From assembly GCA_047602405.1 (NCBI GenBank), contig JASGHJ010000001.1, forward strand, positions 384,001 through 448,000: a DNA stretch of 64,000 nt, in the 5' to 3' direction. The stretch is from Anaeromyxobacteraceae bacterium. Lineage in GTDB: Bacteria; Myxococcota; Myxococcia; Myxococcales; Anaeromyxobacteraceae. Below, one piece after another: positions 58,509-64,000 of the stretch. Numbering within the stretch: the first letter of the stretch is position 1; each line of letters opens with the position of its first letter. A program made the position numbers and the translations under genes. The notes beneath the pieces were generated by a model. That model saw only the letters and a program-made list of their open reading frames with translations, had not been told where the DNA came from and ran no database searches.

Positions 58509-60884
58509 ATGGACCGCGCCGCCCCCGAGCACGCCCCCCTCGACGACGCCGCGGAGGACCCGCAGGCGCTGGCGCTGCGCGAGCTCACCCACGCGCCGGA
58601 TCACGCGGGCACGCTGCTCCGGGCCGTCTCGGAGGCCCTGCCGGATCCGGTCTTCGTGAAGGACCGCGCCGGCCGGTGGGTGTTCGCGAACGACGCCACC
58701 CTGCGGGTCGTGCGCCGGACGGCGGCGCAGGTGATGGGCAAGGTCGAGACCGAGATCTACGACGACGCGGCGAGCGCCATGACGATCATGGCGAACGACG
58801 CGCGGATCATGGCCTCCGGGGTGTCCGAGTCGGTCGAGGAACGGATCGAGACCGGCGGGCGGGTGCGCTGGTTCCTCTCGACGAAGTCGCCGTTCCGGGA
58901 CGCCCGCGGCGAGGTGGTCGGGCTGGTGGGCGTCTCGCGGGACATCAGCGCGCGCAAGCGCTCGGAGGAGGCCCGGCTCGCCGCCGAGCGGCGGCTGCGG
59001 ACGGTGCTGGAGAGCCTCTCCGAGGGCGTGCTGGTCGCGGACGCGACCGGCCGGATCCTCTCCTGGAACCGCGCCGCGCTCGACATCCTCGGCTTCGAGG
59101 AGGAGCGCCAGTGGCTCGTCGGGCTGAAGGAGCTCGCGAGGACCTTCGAGCTCGTCTCGGCAAGCGGCGAGGTGCGCGCGGTCGAGGAGTGGCCGCTCGC
59201 CCGCGTGCTCCGCGGCGAGGCGGTCCGCAACGAGGTGTGCGAGATCCGCCGCCGCGACCTGGACTGGCGCCGCACCCTGCGCTTCTCGGGCGCCCTCACC
59301 CGCGGCGCCGGCCAGCAGGACCTCGCGGTCCTCTCCATCACCGACATCACCGAGCGGGAGCGCGCGGTCGAGGCGCTCCGCCTGAGCGAGGCGCGGTTCC
59401 GCGCGCTGATCGAGAAGTCCTCCGACCTCATCGTGCTCTACGACGCGGACCTCCGGATCACCTACTGGGGACCGGCCGTGGAGGCCGCGGTCGGCTGGAC
59501 CGCCGGCGAGCGGCTCGGGCGGCGCGGCCTGTCGACGGTGCACCCCGACGACGCCGAGGAGGCCGCCCGCGTCCTCGAGGCGATCGTCGCGCCGGGCGCG
59601 ACGGTGCAGACGTCCCTGCGGATCCCGACGAAGGCGGGCGGCCACCGCACCCTGGAGATCATCTTCCGCAACCTCCTCCACGACCCCGACGTCCGCGCCA
59701 TCGTCTCCAACGGCCGCGACGTGACCGCGCAGCGCTCGCTCGAGCAGCAGATGCGGCAGGCGCAGAAGCTCGAGAGCATCGGGCGGCTCGCCGGCGGCGT
59801 CGCGCACGACTTCAACAACGTGCTGACCGTGATCCTCTCCTCCGCCAGCGTCATGCGGGAGGATCTCGCCGAGCGCGGCACGGTGAGCTCGGACGACGTG
59901 AAGGAGATCGAGGACGCGGGCAACCGCGCCCGGGAGCTCACCCGTCACCTCCTCGCGTTCGCGCGCAAGTCGGTGCTCACCCCGGTGGTGCTCGACCTCG
60001 GGAAGCTCGTGCTCTCCGGCGAGAAGATGCTCCGCCGGCTCATCGGCGAGGACGTGAAGCTCGTCGTCGAGGTCGAGCCGGGGCTGTGGAACGTCCACGC
60101 CGATCCCGGCGCGATCGACCAGGCGCTCATGAACCTCGTGGTGAACGCCCGCGACGCGATGCCCGACGGCGGCCGGCTCGTGGTGTCCCTCCGGAACACG
60201 CGCTCCCCGGAGGGCCCGCCGGCGGCGCACGCGGGCGACTGGGTCGGCCTCTCGGTGCGGGACAGCGGCGTGGGCATGCCGCCCGACGTGGTGGCCCACC
60301 TCTTCGAGCCGCTCTTCACGACGAAGGAGGCCGGCAAGGGCACCGGCCTCGGCCTCGCGACGGTGCACGGGATCGCCACGCAGGCGGGCGGCCACGTGCA
60401 CGTCGAGAGCACGCCGGGCCAGGGCTCGACGTTCTCGATCTGCCTGCCCCGCTGCCGCGAGGACGTCGCGGCGGCCGCGCCCGCCGCCCCGCGCCCGAGC
60501 GGCCAGGGCACCGAGACGGTGCTCGTCGTGGAGGACGACGAGCTCGTCCGGACCGTCGCGGTGCGCACCCTCGCGCGCGCCGGCTACCGCGTGCTCGAGG
60601 CGGCCGGCGGCGCCGACGCGATGGCCGTCGCCGGACGGCACCCCGGGCCGATCGACCTCGTGGTCACCGACGTCGTGCTGCAGGGCGCGTCGGGGCCGGA
60701 GGTGGCCGCCGCGCTCGCGGCGCTGCGCCCGGGGCTGCGGGTGGTGTACGTGTCCGGCCACGAGCTCGAGCTGCTCTCGCGCCGCGGCGTGCTGGCCACG
60801 GACGTGCCGTTCCTCGCGAAGCCGTTCAGCGCCGAGGCGCTCGCCGCCCGGGTGCGGGCGGCGCTGGACGCCCCGCGGGGCTGA
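58509..60884 (+). CDS. Hybrid sensor histidine kinase (3 PAS, HisKA, HATPase, receiver)
   Basis: GRLAGGVAHDFNN, FEPLFTTK, GTGLGL, VVEDD, KPF. Confidence 0.9.
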   Translation: MDRAAPEHAPLDDAAEDPQALALRELTHAPDHAGTLLRAVSEALPDPVFVKDRAGRWVFANDATLRVVRRTAAQVMGKVETEIYDDAASAMTIMANDARIMASGVSESVEERIETGGRVRWFLSTKSPFRDARGEVVGLVGVSRDISARKRSEEARLAAERRLRTVLESLSEGVLVADATGRILSWNRAALDILGFEEERQWLVGLKELARTFELVSASGEVRAVEEWPLARVLRGEAVRNEVCEIRRRDLDWRRTLRFSGALTRGAGQQDLAVLSITDITERERAVEALRLSEARFRALIEKSSDLIVLYDADLRITYWGPAVEAAVGWTAGERLGRRGLSTVHPDDAEEAARVLEAIVAPGATVQTSLRIPTKAGGHRTLEIIFRNLLHDPDVRAIVSNGRDVTAQRSLEQQMRQAQKLESIGRLAGGVAHDFNNVLTVILSSASVMREDLAERGTVSSDDVKEIEDAGNRARELTRHLLAFARKSVLTPVVLDLGKLVLSGEKMLRRLIGEDVKLVVEVEPGLWNVHADPGAIDQALMNLVVNARDAMPDGGRLVVSLRNTRSPEGPPAAHAGDWVGLSVRDSGVGMPPDVVAHLFEPLFTTKEAGKGTGLGLATVHGIATQAGGHVHVESTPGQGSTFSICLPRCREDVAAAAPAAPRPSGQGTETVLVVEDDELVRTVAVRTLARAGYRVLEAAGGADAMAVAGRHPGPIDLVVTDVVLQGASGPEVAAALAALRPGLRVVYVSGHELELLSRRGVLATDVPFLAKPFSAEALAARVRAALDAPRG

Positions 60885-60972
60885 GCCGCACCGCGGCTCG
60901 CCCCGACACCTCCACCCCGGCCCGCCGCCTTCCACGGTCGCGCAGCGCCACCGCGCGCGCGCAGCGGCGCAC

Positions 60973-61016
60973 ATGGGAAATCCACCATGGGGAAATCCCC
61001 TGCCCGGGGATCTTCC
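60973..61016. promoter_or_regulatory. Tandem GGAAATCC-type palindromic sites upstream of the porin operon
   Basis: ATGGGAAATCCACCAT, GGGGAAATCCCC, GGGGATCTTCC. Confidence 0.5.
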
Positions 61017-61193
61017 GGCGGCGGGCGCGCGCGCCCGACCGCCGCACCCCGCCGCGCGCGCCCCTGATTCCGCGGCCCTGGGCCGCCGCCGCCGCGCTGG
61101 CATCGCGGATGCTCCCCGCCCGCCTGCCCACGCTGCGTGGGCACCACGACCGCCGGCTCCTGGCCCGAGACCCGAACCTCCGAGGGCGAATCG

Positions 61194-62429
61194 ATGCGGA
61201 CTCTCAGAACGTTGGCGTTCCTGCTCGCCGCGCTGCCCTGGTACGCGCGCGCAGGGAACGTCCAGGTGACGAGCTCCACCCAGTACGTCCGCGACGCGGA
61301 CTTCCTCTCGCAGACCACCGACCAGCACGACATCGCGCAGTACCTCCGCCTCAGCGCCACCTTCGGCGAGGCGGAGCAGATCGGCTTCTACGGGTACGGC
61401 CGGCTCATCGGCCAGCTCTCCGACAGCGTCGAGCCCCGGCGCGAGCTCGCGGACAACCTGCTCGGGCGGCTCTACTACCTCTACCTCGACTACCGCGACG
61501 CCGTGCCGGGCCACCTCGACGTGCGCGCCGGCCGGACCTACGTCGGGACCGCGGTCATCCCGGCGGTGGTCGACGGCGCCCAGCTCGTGGGGCGCGACGT
61601 CGGCGTGAAGGGGCTCGGGATGAGCGCCTTCGGCGGCCACCGGGTCTACTTCTCCAACCTCACCGAGCTGCCGTACCGCAACGACTCGGTCTGGGGCGCG
61701 AGCCTCTCCTTCGAGGCGGCCGCCCGGACGCGCGCGGAGCTCTCGTTCGCCCGCGAGTACCGCAGCGGCGACTTCTCCCGCCAGGACGCGGCGCTCGACG
61801 TCTCCACGAGCCCCATGCAGGCGCTCAGCCTGTTCGGCCGCGCGAAGTACGACACGGTCTCCGACAAGCTCGCCGAGCTCGACGTGGGCGCGAAGGTGCA
61901 GCCCATCGACGCGCTCGTGCTGCGGGCCGAGTACCTCGACAGCGTCCCGACCTTCGAGAAGCAGTCCTTCTACCGGTCCTTCGGCGTGGAGCGCTACCGC
62001 CAGGTCGGGTTCGGCGCCGAGGTCCGGCTCGCCCCGTGGCTGCGGCTCACCGGCAAGTACGCCTGGGAGCGGTTCGACGCCGAGGAGCGCGCCAGCCTCG
62101 TGGGCGGCGGCTTCCGCGCGCTGCCCGCGCCCGGCCTCTCGCTCTCGGCGAGCTACGAGCACCGCGACGGCTACGCCGGGCGGCTGGGCGGCCTGCGCAT
62201 GAACGCCGCGTACACGCTCTCGCCCATCAGGACGACCCTGCTCGCGGGCGTGGACTACGACGACTTCACCCGCGAGGCGTCGCGCGACGGCAGCGCGAAG
62301 CGCTACTGGCTCGGCGCGGAGGTGAAGGTGAGCCGGCCGCTGTCGGCCTCGGTGCGCCTCGAGCGCGTCGAGAACTTCCTCTTCGACCGCAGCTATCAGG
62401 GCTTCGTCGCGGTCGACTACCACCCGTGA
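61194..62429 (+). CDS. Outer-membrane beta-barrel (porin of a putative porin-cytochrome module)
   Basis: Signal peptide (ARA), alternating amphipathic strands, aromatic C-terminal strand FVAVDYHP. Confidence 0.75.
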   Translation: MRTLRTLAFLLAALPWYARAGNVQVTSSTQYVRDADFLSQTTDQHDIAQYLRLSATFGEAEQIGFYGYGRLIGQLSDSVEPRRELADNLLGRLYYLYLDYRDAVPGHLDVRAGRTYVGTAVIPAVVDGAQLVGRDVGVKGLGMSAFGGHRVYFSNLTELPYRNDSVWGASLSFEAAARTRAELSFAREYRSGDFSRQDAALDVSTSPMQALSLFGRAKYDTVSDKLAELDVGAKVQPIDALVLRAEYLDSVPTFEKQSFYRSFGVERYRQVGFGAEVRLAPWLRLTGKYAWERFDAEERASLVGGGFRALPAPGLSLSASYEHRDGYAGRLGGLRMNAAYTLSPIRTTLLAGVDYDDFTREASRDGSAKRYWLGAEVKVSRPLSASVRLERVENFLFDRSYQGFVAVDYHP

Positions 62430-62442
62430 CCGGAGGACCGTC

Positions 62443-63102
62443 ATGACCAAGCACACGGCAATCGCGCTCTGCCTGGCCGCCGCGGCCCTCTTCCTCGCGC
62501 CCCGGACGGCCGCCGACGATCACCGCCAGTACCTCGACTCGAAGCCCGAGGAGTGCCGCGAGTGCCACCGCGGCTCGGGCGTGATGGACAACCACGGCGC
62601 GGAGTTCGCGCGGGGCGAGCACCGGGTCCTCGCGCAGCAGTCCGACGCCAACTGCGGCTCGTGCCACGCGCAGTCCTTCTGCGTGAACTGCCACGAGGGC
62701 GGCGCGGTGGACCGCCTCTCCGCCCGCCGCAGCGACCCCGCCACGACCGCCTCGCGCGACGCCACCCTCTCTCGCCGCGGCGAGGTGATGCCCGGCTCGC
62801 ACGGCGCGGACTTCCTGTCCACGCACGCGATCAAGGCGGCGGACGAGCCCAGGTCCTGCGCCCGCTGCCACGACACGAAGACCTTCTGCCAGGACTGCCA
62901 CCAGCGCCAGAAGACGAGCGGCCGCGCCTTCGCGGTCAAGACGCACAAGCCGATCTACGTGGCGCCGGGCGTGCCCGACCCCTCCTGGGTGGACACCCAC
63001 CGCGCCGACGCGCGCCGGAACCTGCAGTCCTGCGCCGCGTGCCACCCGTCGAAGGACAGCTGCTCCAGCTTCGCCTGTCACCCCGGCCTCGCCGGGAAGT
63101 AG
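62443..63102 (+). CDS. Periplasmic multiheme cytochrome c (6 CxxCH plus one CX4CH)
   Basis: Sec signal; CRECH, CGSCH, CVNCH, CARCH, CQDCH, CAACH, CSSFACH; GGAGG RBS. Confidence 0.9.
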   Translation: MTKHTAIALCLAAAALFLAPRTAADDHRQYLDSKPEECRECHRGSGVMDNHGAEFARGEHRVLAQQSDANCGSCHAQSFCVNCHEGGAVDRLSARRSDPATTASRDATLSRRGEVMPGSHGADFLSTHAIKAADEPRSCARCHDTKTFCQDCHQRQKTSGRAFAVKTHKPIYVAPGVPDPSWVDTHRADARRNLQSCAACHPSKDSCSSFACHPGLAGK

Positions 63103-63164
63103 CGCACCCGCCGTCGTCGAGACGCTTCCAACCCGAGCCTCAGAGGAACCTCAAGGAGAGACCC

Positions 63165-63998
63165 ATGGCAGGTAACGAGAAGCTCCCCACCGCGTCGATG
63201 CCGACGGTCGAGATCCCCGCCGAGCTCACGACCTTCGAGCAGGTGAAGGCGTTCATCCACCAGACCATCACCCGCCGCGACTTCAGCAAGGCGATGGGCG
63301 TGGGCGCCCTGGGCGCGGTCGCGTTCCAGGTCGGCTGCGCGAACGACGAGAAGGCGAAGGCGGAGCGCCAGGTCTTCGTCGCGAACGCGAAGGGCATGAT
63401 CGTCGCGGACTCGGTCTCCTGCGCCGGCTGCCGCCGCTGCGAGGCGGCGTGCGTCGGCTTCAACCAAGGCAAGACCCAGCCGGCGATCTCCAACATCAAG
63501 GTCAACCGCAACATGCTCTACGGCGTGAAGGACGTCTCGAGCGGCACCCGCGCGGTGGACGGCATCTACGGCAACTTCCGGATCGTCCAGGACACCTGCC
63601 GCCAGTGCGGGCACCCGGTGCCCTGCCAGCTCGCGTGCCCGAACGCGGCCATCGAGGTCACCGGCCCGCTCAACGCCCGCGTCGTCAACCAGGACAGGTG
63701 CGTGGGCTGCGGCATCTGCGTCGAGGCCTGCCCGTGGGAGATGACCGCCCTCGACGGCCCGGTGAACGGCGCCGACACGAAGTGCAACAAGTGCACGCTC
63801 TGCTCCGACCTCTACGCCGAGGCGACGGCGGACGAGCAGGCGGCTTGGCGGCCGATGTGCGTGGAGGCCTGCATCACCGGCGCGCTCAAGTTCCTCCCCT
63901 GGGAGGACCGCACCGGCGACGTGCCCCCGCGGCACGTGGTGCCCGCGAGCATCCAGCTCGCCGCGGACGTCAAGGACACCTGCAAGCAGTGCCACTGA
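63165..63998 (+). CDS. YdhY-like 4Fe-4S protein with twin-arginine leader and terminal CxxCH
   Basis: TRRDFSK; CAGCRRCEAAC, DTCRQC..PC...CP, CVGCGICVEACPW, KCTLC...CVEAC; ends CKQCH; AAGGAG RBS. Confidence 0.88.
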   Translation: MAGNEKLPTASMPTVEIPAELTTFEQVKAFIHQTITRRDFSKAMGVGALGAVAFQVGCANDEKAKAERQVFVANAKGMIVADSVSCAGCRRCEAACVGFNQGKTQPAISNIKVNRNMLYGVKDVSSGTRAVDGIYGNFRIVQDTCRQCGHPVPCQLACPNAAIEVTGPLNARVVNQDRCVGCGICVEACPWEMTALDGPVNGADTKCNKCTLCSDLYAEATADEQAAWRPMCVEACITGALKFLPWEDRTGDVPPRHVVPASIQLAADVKDTCKQCH

Positions 63999-64000
63999 CC

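Overview
Very GC-rich chromosomal window; gene content (MYXO-CTERM-like motif, OmcA/MtrC decaheme, PAS hybrid kinases, DUF222-like HNH) suggests an Anaeromyxobacter-like myxobacterium (inference). It holds about 46 genes: the end of clpB, an RND efflux pair, cysK, peptidases, an MMPL/MlaC pair, a giant Cys-rich surface protein fused to an OmpA barrel, a CheW-CZB protein, an aminotransferase/transketolase-like pair, a decaheme cytochrome, an HNH nuclease, lipid genes, four kinases, a complete group II intron, and a porin/multiheme/YdhY-like operon running to the right edge. Four genes carry single-base frameshifts that look like assembly errors. No tRNA, rRNA or CRISPR array was seen. Best leads: (1) a group II intron inserted exactly at the ATG of an apparently leaderless kinase gene, whose 3' end rebuilds an ATG plus Shine-Dalgarno; (2) a TraA-like adhesin and TraB-like OmpA barrel in one ORF, with an internal sorting tag and second signal peptide; (3) a porin-cytochrome module coupled to a Tat-type Fe-S protein ending in a heme motif. 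All family assignments come from reading motifs by eye, not from database searches.
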